From positions 2,604,001 through 2,668,000 of the forward strand of contig CM119380.1 of assembly GCA_051294905.1 (NCBI GenBank): a stretch of DNA of 64,000 nt. The letters run 5' to 3'. The DNA is from Botryllus schlosseri (taxonomy: Eukaryota). Under the pieces are notes generated by a model that saw only the letters and a program-made list of their open reading frames with translations, was not told the origin of the DNA and ran no database searches. Positions 12,601 to 24,038 of the stretch are shown here, one piece after another (positions within the stretch are counted from its first letter, which is position 1; every line of letters starts with the position of its first letter). The position numbers and the translations under genes were made by a program.

Positions 12601-13180
12601 CCTATAAGCTATATAAAATAGGCTTATAGATTTTTTGTTAACGGTACTTTGCAAATCAACCTGTACACATAAAACATAATGATTATTAGTCGAATAAATT
12701 CACTACTTTATATGCGTTATGATCAACTATTTCACAGATAGGGTTATGCTATGGCCTCAAAGTCTATCTGGTATTACTTTTTGATCCTGTGGATATACGG
12801 CCGTCGAGTCATCAGAAAATCATGACTAGTGTCATTACCGCCCTGGCTGTGGTACAGCTGATACTTGAGTGATGCAGCTGCATATCCACAGGGCCTTACT
12901 TGTTCCCCGACTTTTGTGAGTGAAAAGTTGTCACACACCGGCACAAGAAAGCTTTGTAAAACGACTGTAAACCAGCTCGTTTTTTCGCTCAAAAACATTG
13001 TATAGTATTGATGAGTATGTTATCAATACTTATTTTGCACCAAAACGCGGAACCACCATAAAGCGAAGGCTTTAACGTAATCAACTCCAAAACAGCCACC
13101 TGCGCCTATGAAGCTCGATTCAGCTCTGGCCAACCATAGGCCAAGATGGCGGCGCCCGAGAGCAAAAATGAAAATCGTCC

Positions 13181-13715
13181 ATTCATTCGATGTGAATTGC
13201 GGCCCGCCATCCGTGACAATTGTTATGGGCAAGCCTTCGATAGAGAAGACTTCCCTCAAAGCATTGACCACACACAAGGTTGTGGTAGAACCGACATACA
13301 TTACTTTAACGAAAGGATATTTCGAATCCGCATCGACGATGACAAGAAACATTTTATTGTTTATTGGACCTGCGAAATCCAAGTGAATTCGTTCAAAGCT
13401 TTCAGAAGTTTTGGGCCATTCGCGATATTGACGATCAGGCGCTTTCATTACTTTGCGGCAAGCGTCGCAACTCTTTACGAGATTTTCAATGTCGCGATTA
13501 ATGGAAGGCCATGCGATGTAACGTCGAGCCATCTGCTTCATTTTCGCGATACCCCAATGTCCTTCGTGCAACAATGATAAGACTCGCGAGCGAAGTGACT
13601 GCGGAATTACTACGCACTGAAAACCATCAATATTGAGCATGACTATGTCTTCGTGCAGAGAAAACGAATGTTTGCGAGTCGAAAACCAAGAAAAATCATC
13701 AATGTGCGGAACTTG
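13181..13715 (-). pseudogene. Ty3/Gypsy pol remnant: integrase zinc-binding region and core N-half
   Basis: LHEGHWG...CDAC (HHCC), RIHLDFAGP, IVTDGGPQFTSNE; continues into 833-193. Confidence 0.9.
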
Positions 13716-13998
13716 ATTTGCTGAAACCTGTGATGTGATCGTCGATTTTAGTGGTGTTAGTGGTAGTTAGTTCGAACTGACTGGTTTTCCTTCGTCGTTT
13801 CAATATAATGGCTGAAGCACCGTCGACTTCAAGTGGATTACCCACAAAGAGGCAGAAAAAGATTGATGCTGCTTGCTGCATGATAATAATGGCCAGTATA
13901 CTGGGTTTGCGAGGTGTCAAAAATGCAATGTTCGGCTAAAGCATCACAAGTTGACAAGTGGTACGTCGCATCTTCGAAGACATATCGAAGCGTGTATA

Positions 13999-14915
13999 GG
14001 CTGCTGCACACTGGCTTTGCGACACGACTAAAACAGGTAATTCCCAGATCATGTCGCGCTCATAATCGCGGTAGTTGCGTTCTACTGCACACTGGGACAC
14101 CGAGTCATAACGTAGGCATATCTGTTCTGTACCAACTTAATGATTTCGTAACAGTATAGATTCTTGATGGTTATTACTATTGAAGAACACATCAAGATAC
14201 TTCCTACACATATGTGTTTTCTATCTGTACAGACAGCATTTTGCTGATGCTCCGAATTTTGATAAGGGATACACTGTAATGCCACTAAGATATTCTCAAA
14301 TTCGAAAACTCAGTTTTTTATTTCAACTCAAGACGCATATGCACAATATGCAGTACCCAAGATACAAAGAATATAAACAAGAAGGTGTCTAATCGTTGAA
14401 ACGCCCTGACATAGTCAATCAATCATACATTTTATATATAGGCCTACTCTTCTTGGCCTACCGGTACTTTCGTAATGTCAGTGGCATTGGCGGGCTAGCG
14501 GTCATGTTATGTTCTGTTATTCATCTTGTATTGTGAACATATAGTAATCTAATTATCAAATATATCTTCATTTCGTTCTTCCAACTTTAAGTTATCAACT
14601 TGAGGCTCAATCATTCTTTTTCGGGGGTTGTTGGATACCATACAGCGCACTGCGTCAATCCCGCACAGCCTTCACCGTGTAACCCAAGATAAATTACGCA
14701 TCTGGTAAAAGAGAATGTTAGATAGGAAGTTGAACGATTAGTGATTGCAACAGCACCGTCGAAAGAGCGCGTGCTTATTTTCTACTGCGACTGAGTGCGC
14801 AGCCCACTCGCCGACGCTTTGTTGCGTAGTCTGGCGACGCGGTGTACATGGTTTTGTCACAGACAGGCGCGATTCTCTCGTTTTGTCGTGTCGCGAGAGC
14901 CAGTGTGCAGCAGCC
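13999..14915. mobile_element. MITE with ~37-bp TIR, PIF/Harbinger-like
   Basis: GGCTGCTGCACACTGGCTTTGCGACACGAC vs inverted GTCGTGTCGCGAGAGCCAGTGTGCAGCAGCC; flanks ATA/TTA (imperfect 3-bp TSD). Confidence 0.7.
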
Positions 14916-15292
14916 TTAAAAAGAATGGATCGCAGTTGAAGAAAGTTCCTTTCTTTCTCCCAACAAAAAAGTAAGCGAGAAATCAAAGGAGAAGGTTTGC
15001 CGTTGTGTTGTCTCCTTTGTAGCCCATGATATGAGACCACTGAGCTCTGTTGAGGGGAAGGGCCTTAAGCAGGTGGCTGATGCCTTGATCGAAACAATGC
15101 ATGGCAAATTGAGTGCAGAAGACGTTTTGCCATCCAGATTTACGGTGAAACGTAAGTTGGATGAGGAGGCTTTATGTTTCAAGCAGAAGCTGTCAGAGGA
15201 CTAAGAGTTGCTATCAAGTCTTATGGGCTGTCTGGCATCACCACAGATATGTGGACCGATCTGAAGGGTCGCAGTTTTATTAGCATGACTAT

Positions 15293-15855
15293 TAGAGGTC
15301 GACCGATATTGATTTTTACAGGCCGATACCGATACCGATATATCGGCCACTCAGAAGGCCGATACCGATATCATAGGCCGATATTAATATGGAAGGAGCA
15401 GAGAACAATTTCACCAAAAATATTATATATTAGGCAAGATGGCACTTGTTCATGCCACAGAAAGCTGAACAACAAACGAGAAAACTGAAATTGAAAAGAA
15501 TTATTGCTTAATTGTGCACATTCGATGAAATTTGGGATAACCCAAAAAGCAAAATATGATACAGAATTGCAGATCAATTCAGAAAAGATAGATTGTAATG
15601 CAGGAAGCTAGTTTCTCTGCATGCTCACCCAGCTAAACTCGTCCTGCAATGGTAAATCTGTCATATATCACCCTTTGCGTCGTCGATTTCTTGAGATTGA
15701 AAACACGGAGCATTGAATTTCCAAAATTTTCGAATGTTTTTTATATATAAAATATCGGCCGCGATATCGGCCTTCATAGGCCGATACCGATAATCGGGAA
15801 AGCTCTAAATATCGGCCCTCGATAATCGGCCATGTCGATAATCGGTCGACCTCTA
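15293..15855. mobile_element. hAT-type MITE
   Basis: TIR TAGAGGTCGACCGAT / ATCGGTCGACCTCTA; perfect TSD ATGACTAT; CCGATA subterminal repeats. Confidence 0.9.
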
Positions 15856-16019
15856 ATGACTATCCATGTTGTCGGAGAAAACTGAACTCTCAGAAGTAAT
15901 GTTGCGACTGTTCGGCAATTGACGGATACTAAAAAACTGGTCTGAATATCAGACAGGCTATCGAAAACATCGATTGGGATTCTTCGACAATGTTTTTGAA
16001 TAACTACCGATATGGATGT

Positions 16020-16156
16020 TTCGGAGACTGGACAAGATTCTTCGGGTTATCTCGGAGTCTGGGATTGAGATCCTCGGAGTCGGAGGGACTTTGCCTCAGA
16101 GACCAAAGTTGTCGGAGGGACTCGGAGTTTTGAAAAGCAGACTCCGCTCATCACTG
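16020..16156. mobile_element. Orphan right end of a hAT-like MITE
   Basis: Ends GACTCCGCTCATCACTG with CGGAG repeats; resembles the terminus of 34307-34720; left end not found. Confidence 0.4.
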
Positions 16157-16934
16157 ATAGGTATGCACAGGGCTAAAGCACCACACATTCAACGCTTTTG
16201 GCATCGCACCATCAAGCTTGGAACTGTACTGTTAACTCTCGTACACTCCTACACTATATCACTCGCGTATACTAAGACGGTGCGTGCATTAAATCGATTG
16301 GCGTTTGTTTGACGAACTGGCGACGGTCAACAACTACACCAATCACGTAAAGTCAATTACGATCCAGGATCGGAAAAGTAATAATACAAGTTTATGGACA
16401 TGTCACACCACACCAAACACGTCAGAGCAAGGGCCGTAGATCAGGTCTGTTCATATGCACGAGTATCGTGCACGTTACTGCCTCGTAAAACATAGGTGTG
16501 TCGCATGTGCCGATGCAATATTTCAACTTATCGCGTCTCATGTGTGTCGTAGCGTAAACGAGCGTGTCCACTGTCCGGGTATGCAACTGCGCAGATTGAT
16601 ATAAGCACTGCACCAAAACAATGCACCAAAACAAGAAACAAGCTGAGTTGACCACCAACCTCACAACGCATATCTAGGAATTTGTCCACCTCGAATAACC
16701 GCCACTTTATGTCCACCATGAATAACCGCCACTTTACAGACAGCTGAAGTAGTGACTTAACTCTATTTCTACTATATTGTTCCTGCATTATAGGTGCAAA
16801 GTTGAACTTAGACGTCCCTTGTTGTACGTCCCTTGTTGTAATTGGACTTACCAAGCACTATACTTAACTACATTCGGACCTGCTATTCATAATCATTATT
16901 GGTTACTATGATATCAGTACAGCAGGCATACTTC

Positions 16935-16997
16935 GAAATCCAAAATGCCGTCGCGGGGCGCACAAAATTGTCTCGCGGGCCGCGTTTGAGACCTCTG
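16935..16997. mobile_element. Orphan MITE end (CAGAGGTCTCAAAC family)
   Basis: Reverse complement of the end starting at 52225. Confidence 0.5.
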
Positions 16998-17039
16998 GTT
17001 TAGGTGGTGAAAATTGAATGGTTTAGGTGGTGAAAATTG

Positions 17040-18174
17040 AATTTCCTGAGTGCCTCTCTGTCCGAAGTTACTTCATCTACGCTGCCTTCTAACACGCATT
17101 TTGTGAGCTTTTTTGGAGTGGTCACTTCCGTAGCCAGGGTCTCCATGTCCCCGGGCTTGCCTTCTTCCACCCATGCCTCGTATCTCCGAATCAATCGCTT
17201 GCCAAAGCGATCATTCGGATAATTTTCTTTACCGGGTATATACCAGTTGAAGAGAAGCCAGATATAACATTACTTTTTGACAGACCCAAACTCCAAATCT
17301 TTCCCAATTGGTCAGCGAAGTTTGCCCGCCTCACTTGTACCATGAATATTCACCCAGCTGTTTAGAACGTTCTCCCGGTGTTTTTTCAATGGTCCAAAAC
17401 ACGCTACGTCGAGCGGTTGCAGTACATCCGTCACGTGCGGTGGTAATTTGAGTAGGATTATATTTTCCTTCATGGCGCAATCGATCACTTTCAGTGATAC
17501 GTGGCTCAGATGGCCATCGAAAATCAACAAAAGTGGTCGTCGCTTCGCCACGTTCCTACTAAAATTTTCAAACCAGCCGGCAAATATCTCGCTGGTTACC
17601 CAGCAGTTGTCACTTACGGCATATTGCGTCCCTGGTAAAGCATCAGGACCGCGCCAGGTGCTTTGTAAATTTTTTCCGCTATATACGATGAGCGGGGGCA
17701 TGGCGGTGCTATCCGCACAACAGCAGGCCAATACCGTAGTGTTAAGGCGACCTGCGCCGCAAGTATTTTTATAGGCGACTTAACCCGATTCGTCGCAATT
17801 CCAAATTTGACTTGCCGACAACTTATTTTTATCCACAATCCTGCCCAGTGATTCATAAAAATCCAATATTATGAATGGATTGGAAGTAACTGATTTCCTT
17901 GCGGAACTTGGACCAGATCCAATAGCTCCGTGTGCTTAATGCTGAAACCAGCTTTGCAAAGAGTGTCGATGAAATTTGCCAGGCTTAGCTCCACGTCGCT
18001 GCTGAAAACTGGCTTTCGTCCTGGTTTTCGCCGCGGTAACTCGGAGCATTTTGCCATTCGGCTTCGCAACGTGCTAACGGCGATCCCGTATTTTCTTGCG
18101 ACTTCCCTTGCGCATTGTTCCTGGTGTGCCACTTCATTTAAAGCAAATTCCATATCCGACTCACTCCACTCCAT
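17040..18174 (-). pseudogene. pogo/Tigger-like (HTH_psq + CENP-B HTH + DDE_1) transposase, frameshifted
   Basis: AREVARKYGIAVSTLRSR, PGRKPVFS, IWNCDESG, LLIFDGHLSH, LPPHVTDVLQPLDVACFGPLK and ISGFSSTGIYP, spread over several frames. Confidence 0.85.
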
Positions 18175-18709
18175 CTTAATATTCCTAATCTCCTCTATCT
18201 TAGTCTAAATCTCACCCTCAGGACTCTACAAGCCTACGAGTTTTATGTAAGACGGAGCCTCGTTATGTCGTCATAATACAATCGGTATAACGCGTTATCA
18301 TATAACAATGGATTGAGTTGTGTATACGGCAGCCTGCGGAACGCTGGTTATCGTTCAATTCACCATGACTTCGATCTGCAGGGGTTATAGGCGATTCGGG
18401 CTGAGGAACATTACCGGAAAAAGATATCGTAATCTCCCTTCAACGTTTGTTGGTGGTCATAACACAGTACAAAGCAAGCCTAGGATTGACATTCGTGCAC
18501 GCCGATGGTAGCAAAGTTGCGGCTGCCGCTACTCAATTTTTTTTTTCGTCGGAAATAACAGGGCATAGAAGATCGCTTGTAGGTACAACTATGAACGAAA
18601 GCAATGGCAAATTAGTACTTGTTTGTGTAGTACATTTCTCTTGTTATAAATTTGATATATTTTGAATTCGACCTTCACCCATTACCCTGGAATTCGGAAA
18701 ATCGTTCTT

Positions 18710-19350
18710 TGCCCCAAGTTACTATATCAAAGTCGTGTGTCCGAATCCAATGGATTCAGAGCGTTGCCAAAGAACTTTGGCTATATCTCGCTCCATAGAC
18801 CCCGATGAACCCACATGATTTCTTCTATATGATGCTGGATCACGTTCCTCGCACTTTGTCAATTGTCCCTCATCTGTATACTTTTTTGATTGATAGTACA
18901 AACACGGCTATATTTTGTCTCTACTTTATAATCGAGAACAATTCCTGTGCTCGGTTCCATCACAAATCCAATTCCATACTTGTTAACATGTCCCCTTTTC
19001 TGCCATGTACCATCGTATGACACACTGATATCCGTCAAGGTCGTACTCTCAGTTGGATCGTAGATATTTTTCAGTGACAGCCGTCCTGAATTCAAGGAAT
19101 CCTTCAGAGATCTTTTTGTCTCATCAAATATTAGATTTGATTTTTTTCATGCGAATTCTTTCCAATCCCTTTCTCCACGCCCATCATTCAAGTGAATGAA
19201 TTCAGCTTACGAAGGTGCAACTGATTCTGCATTGCTGAGAACACTGGTGTTTATCTGGTGATGAGAATGCCTCATCCCCTTTTCCACGTTGTTATTGTCT
19301 GCAGAGGTGTGTAATGACGAAAAATTTCTTTGCTACAACACGATACTCCA
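18710..19350 (-). pseudogene. Second Kolobok-type transposase copy, middle part
   Basis: IGVSCCSKEIFRHYTS and DISVSYDGTWQKRGHVNKYGIGFVMEPSTGIVLDY; colinear with about 9340-9990. Confidence 0.85.
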
Positions 19351-20415
19351 ATGTTGCAACGAACAACACATTCATATTCGCAATTTATTCACTATAAGCT
19401 TTTCAACTGACCCTCATCGGTAGTGGCCGTCAGTATAATATGGAGATTGCAATTCGAAATGTAAAGATGAAATAGGTAGTGTAACGAAAGAATGGTATAA
19501 CAACAACAACGGGAGATTTGACAAAACGAGAGCGTTAAAGGTCAACTGCATCTTCAAAAAGACTTTGCATCTTCAAAAAGACTTTCCCTTATTTCGTACA
19601 TTATGTGGTTAGGAACATGGATAAAATAATAAAAATTGCGAATACTCAATAGTTTGGTCGTAATTTAATTTACAAATAGAAAAGCCATAAAACGGAAACG
19701 AAATCACTCAACCATGAAATGACGTCATGTAACTGACACGACAAGTCCTGGTAAACAGAAAGGTATACATTTTGGTCAGTTATAGGGATTGAGTATACAC
19801 TTTTTGCTGTGAATTTGGGTCTTTTAGCGTGGTCATGAAAGCTGTAAAGAAGATCAGCAGGCGTCGAGGTAGATGTCATGTAGCGTATGGTTGATACTCT
19901 CACACGTACTGCCGGTTCTCCAACAGGGGTTAAACCCGCTTAAACGCCAACACGCCAAACGCCACCCTGCGGCTGAGTCTCTACGTGGCGTCTGGCGTCT
20001 GAACGTGTTGAAACGCGGACTGGCGGCTGAATCGCTACATGGCGTCGGGCGTGTGAACGTGTTGAAACGCAGACTGGCGGCTGAATTGCTACATGGCGTC
20101 TGGCGTGTGAACGTGTTGTGACGCAGACTGGCGGATGAAGTGCTATATGGCGTCCAACATTTTAGGACGCTGTACTGCAACATGGCGTTCGGGAATTTTG
20201 TGACGCCGCGTTAGATATCGGAATTAATCATGAACTGAACCACAATTTCGTATTTCTTTCTAATTAGAGATATCATTCTATTGCCAGGATTTACGAAATC
20301 AGTAATCCTAATAATTAAAAACAACTGCATAGCTCCGGTTACCCCTGGCTAGTCTCTGCTGCCCCTCCTTACACTCGCATGGAGATGAACGAGTATTCAA
20401 GTAACTATATTCAAA

Positions 20416-21196
20416 TTATTCTGCAGTGAAACAAGCACAAGAAAAATGACCAGTTTGTAGCTGTTGCCCTGGGTAACAACAATCCTGGTATGTCCGCGGG
20501 TCCCAGCCGTCACATGCAACCTATAAAATACTTGGATCATTATACTGGACAAATCAACTTTTCAAATCCATACCCAATCCGTGATCATTGCATTTGACTT
20601 CTTCATTTATTGCAATAATTTGCCAATTCTCCGTCATCTGTACAGAAAATAGCTTGAAATTATTATTATTTTGCATGTGATATGGAGTAACATACCGGTC
20701 TCATCAAGTAGAAGTTGGCCATAGTACTTTCGGTACTCTTCACAAGCTCGTGCAGAATGATCGAACTGTAGATCTATATCAGGAATTGATGCCCCACTTG
20801 TGCAGTAGAGTTCAGCAGCCTAGTGAGAGTAGGGTACAAATCATTTATTTGATTCGAGCCATACTACATAATTATACATGAAAGTATCAAATACCTTCAA
20901 AGCAAGTACTCCACAATTATATCCATCTTTTTGTACATCAGTCCTGTCCAATTCAGTCCTTGGACTTGTCACAAACTTTCTTTTGGAGTACTTGCGTTGA
21001 AATTGGCTGAGTAAAATAGAAATGAGATACGACCCGTGAATAGCATCACACTAACTCACCGAAACTTCGTTAAAATATCCTTGTACCAGTGCTCCTGGCC
21101 TATTAAAATGTCAAACTCCGAATTGAGAGGGCAAAGGATACCCCTGAACTTAGTATTTCAAGGATACCCCTGAACTTAGTATTTCATCCACACATG
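20416..21196 (-). pseudogene. Spliced Ulp1/SENP-like (C48) protease C-terminal region plus PHD-like finger, decayed
   Basis: Exons 21196-21060, 21006-20895, 20819-20696, 20637-20574 and 20520-20416 joined by GT-AG introns give ...DVQKDGYNCGVLALK|AAELYC...LLLDET|DDGELANYCNK(frameshift)...TDW|VACDG...HFSCAC. The catalytic His motif is not recognisable. Confidence 0.65.
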
Positions 21197-21289
21197 CTGC
21201 AAATACAATTACAATTACTTTAAGAAGAAGAATTTCAAACTGAGTATTGGATAAATTGATATTTTGGCGTTTGCCATCTGCTGCAGTGG

Positions 21290-21770
21290 ATGTAACGGGG
21301 TGCATCTAACTTGTATATGTCGATGCGTGGCGTCGGGTATATCAGCTATGCAGCCGCCACGGGCTGCGTCTAATTTGTGCATGTCGATTGTCGCCGTTTC
21401 GAGTCTGTATGTATATCGTCTGTCCTCTATCGAGATTCCACAGGATGCATCTAATTTGTACATTCCGACGCTTTGCGTCTGGAATATCAACTATTCAGAA
21501 GCCACGGGGGCATCTAACTTGTATATGTCGACGCGTGGCGTCGGATATATCAGCTATGCAGCCGCCACGGGCTGCGTCTAATTTGTGCATGTCGATTGTC
21601 GCCGTTACGAGTCTGTATGTATATCGTCTATCCTCTTTCGAGATTCCATAGGATGCATCTAATTTCTACATTCCGACGCTTTGCGTCTGGTATATCAACT
21701 TGGCGTCGGACATATCAACTAGGCAGACGCCACGGGCTGCGTCTAATTTGTACGTGCTGACGTCTTGCGT
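21290..21770. repeat. 208-bp tandem repeat (~2.3 units) built from 60-80-bp subunits
   Basis: GCATCTAACTTGTATATGTCGA at 21302 and 21510; internal GC(A/G)TCTAA subunits. Confidence 0.85.
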
Positions 21771-21894
21771 CTGATGTAATCTACGTAACTACGTCGCTAG
21801 CCAGCTACGTCATGAGATTATGAATAAAAAGGCTAGTTCTACGAAGTGCGAAGGACGGTATGCAAGTAGGCTCTAAAGCAAAATCTCGACAAAC

Positions 21895-22079
21895 CTTGTA
21901 AATCTGGCCGGACGGTATGTTCTACAATCTACACGGTTAGCCCAGTGTACTACCTCAATATGATCATGTAGCTTTTGCACAGTTTCAAAACTGATGTCGC
22001 ATGGACTGCAACTATTTTCTTCAACTGTAACGATTTTGATAAGGTTCGTCAAGTCCTCAGCTAAAGTCATTTCTGCCAT
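21895..22079 (-). CDS. Putative first exon with a single C2H2 zinc finger
   Basis: MAEMTLAED...CSPCDISFETVQKLHDHIEVVH, ending at a GT donor (ACAAG|GTTTGT). Its link to the Ulp1 exons is inferred. Confidence 0.45.
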
Positions 22080-22459
22080 TGCTACGAGGAAACTCATCCA
22101 GTAACCAAACAAATAACTGTAGCAGCATAGTGTCGATCTCATTTCGCCAGACAGCATTGTTGCGTCACTATGTCACTCTGCAAAACAATTAAAAATTCGA
22201 GGCTTATTATGGGGGTTCCGGGGCAACGAACGAAATATAATTTATATTTTTGTAATCAGTGCAGCGTCAGCTTTCAATTGATACCCGTTTCATCAAATTG
22301 AATGGTCAGCAAGCCAGTCAAAAATCGCCGTCAATTTGCCTTTGACTAAATGTAACTAAAGTATGACGTAGACCGATTTCATTGAGCCGTGAGATTTACT
22401 TGTGTCGACGCCACTGAGCTATATAAACGGTCCGTGGACATATTAGCATGCGACACAAT

Positions 22460-22555
22460 AGCATGCTCATGTGTCCCCATGCTCATGTGTCCCTACGCTC
22501 ATGTGTTACCATGCTAATGTGTCCCCATGCTGTAGCGTCGCATGCTCAACTGTCG
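22460..22555. repeat. 16-bp minisatellite (CATGCTCATGTGTCCC)
   Basis: 4-5 degenerate tandem copies. Confidence 0.65.
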
Positions 22556-24038
22556 TTTTGCATTGTGTCGCATGCTCATATGTCGGGCAACCATATAAAC
22601 ACCATATAGGACACTATGGTACCAGACATTATTCCTCCATCGAGCAAGATAATATTGCAGCGATAAATCACTTTGATTCACCAGCACCCCCTTCCATCTC
22701 GATGAGTAACTTTGCCTATAAATCATATCCTATACACCGGACGCTATGCAACTGGCTATCTACACACGGCACAGCGTCTCGAAATTGCCAGACGCCGAAC
22801 GCCATGTCGCAGTACGGTGTCCTAAAATGTTGGACGCCAGTCGCCATATAGCACTTCATCCGCCAGTCTGTGTTTCAAGCCAATCACACTCCAGACGCCA
22901 TGGAGCAATTCAACCGCCAGTCTACGTTTCAACCACTGAGCTATATAAACCTGGCAATAGAATTATATCTCTAATTAGAAAGAAATACAAAATTGTGGTT
23001 CAGTTCATGATTCCGATATCTAACGCGGCGTCACAAAATTGCCGAACGCTATGTTGCAGTACAGCGTCCTAAAATGTTGGACGCCATATAGCACTTCATC
23101 CGCCAGTCTGCGTCACAACACGTTAACACGCCAGACGCCATGTAGCAATTCAGCCGCCAGTCTGCGTTTCAACACGTTCACACGCCAGACGCCATGTAGC
23201 GATCCAGCCGCCAGTCTGCGTTTCAACACGTTCAGACGCCAGACGCCAAGTAGAGACTCAGCCGCAGGGTGGTGTTTGGCGTGTGGCGGGTTGGCGTCTA
23301 GCGGGTTTAACTACAGAGACTGTAGGATGGAGTGACGACTGATTTAAATGCCTAATTAATATTCATCCGAAACATATTTTGTTTTCATGGTTTTGCAGCA
23401 ATTATCTTGTAAAAATGAATATTTATGGTATTATTGCCCATATTACTATAAATATTTTATATTATACTGGTATTAGTGCATTGATATACCGAAATATCTA
23501 TATAAGTTGAACTACTCTATTTACACTGCGCGCAATAATATTTTCAACTCCCTTTAGATCGGTCACGCTCCGCTTTGCGTAGGGAGCTACCCATTGTTAC
23601 GTATACCACTATTAATCCAACATGGAATTCAGACGGTGGAAAGTTGAATTTTTGTTGGTTTAATGCATGGTTGTCGATGGGAGTGGGTCGGAGTATTGGA
23701 GGATGAATACTTATAACGGACTCTGTTACTAATTGGACGTCCTAATATGTTTGGCCGGATTAGCGAATATCTTGGATACTTGCGTGACGGTCTTGCGTTT
23801 GTTGCCGTACGAAGCGATGAATATGCCGGTATATCGCTGAGCAATGCGCCCGGTCGGTGAATACCAGCGATGATTTATGATATAATAGCTATTATAGTGG
23901 CGTATTATATGATGATAGAAGATAACAATAAAAGGGCAGGCGATGAAAATGAAACGGAAAAACGGAAATAAAATTCCGAGTATTATGCTTTCACAGAAAT
24001 TTTGATTCCTTTATAACCGATACTTTTTCGTAAAAGTT

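Larger units (their letters stand above)
834..13180 (-). mobile_element. AT-TSD DNA transposon, ISL2EU/Harbinger-group-like, decayed and heavily nested
   Basis: Ends GGACGATT...AATCGTCC (left end read after removing hAT 838-4670), flanked by AT/AT. Both ends share inverted ATGGTTGGCCAGAG. THAP remnant near the right end. Removing the element restores the Gypsy integrase frame. Confidence 0.65.
13808..16010 (+). pseudogene. hAT (Hermes/Ac-like) transposase 5' half, interrupted by two MITEs
   Basis: BED finger GFARCQKC...SGTSHLRRHIEAC (~13900-13995); FVAHDMRPLSSVEGKG...VLPSRFTVKR and ITTDMWTD (~14970-15290); reading resumes after 15863. Confidence 0.8.
19934..23306. mobile_element. Foldback element with ~360-bp TIRs containing a 54-bp minisatellite
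   Basis: 19934-~20295 is the near-perfect inverse of ~22940-23306; flanked by TTAA at 19930-19933 and 23307-23310; repeat unit starts at 20003, 20057 and 20111. Confidence 0.9.

Noticed and set aside
13023-13180. C-terminal tail (WTIFIFALG...) of ORF 13023-13640
   Set aside because: It lies in the inserted element's terminus, past the AT junction; not part of the integrase.
18230-18320. Terminal inverted repeat of the pogo-like element
   Set aside because: No convincing CAGT-type end, partner TIR or TA duplication found.
19990-20150. CRISPR-like appearance of the 54-bp units (and of the 26-bp units at 52641)
   Set aside because: Units are contiguous with no unique spacers, there are no cas genes, and the context is eukaryotic.
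19854-23335. Repetitive ORFs 19854-20183, 19873-20121, 21215-21651, 22471-23072 and 23039-23335
   Set aside because: They are translations of the TIR minisatellite and tandem repeats; no domain motifs.
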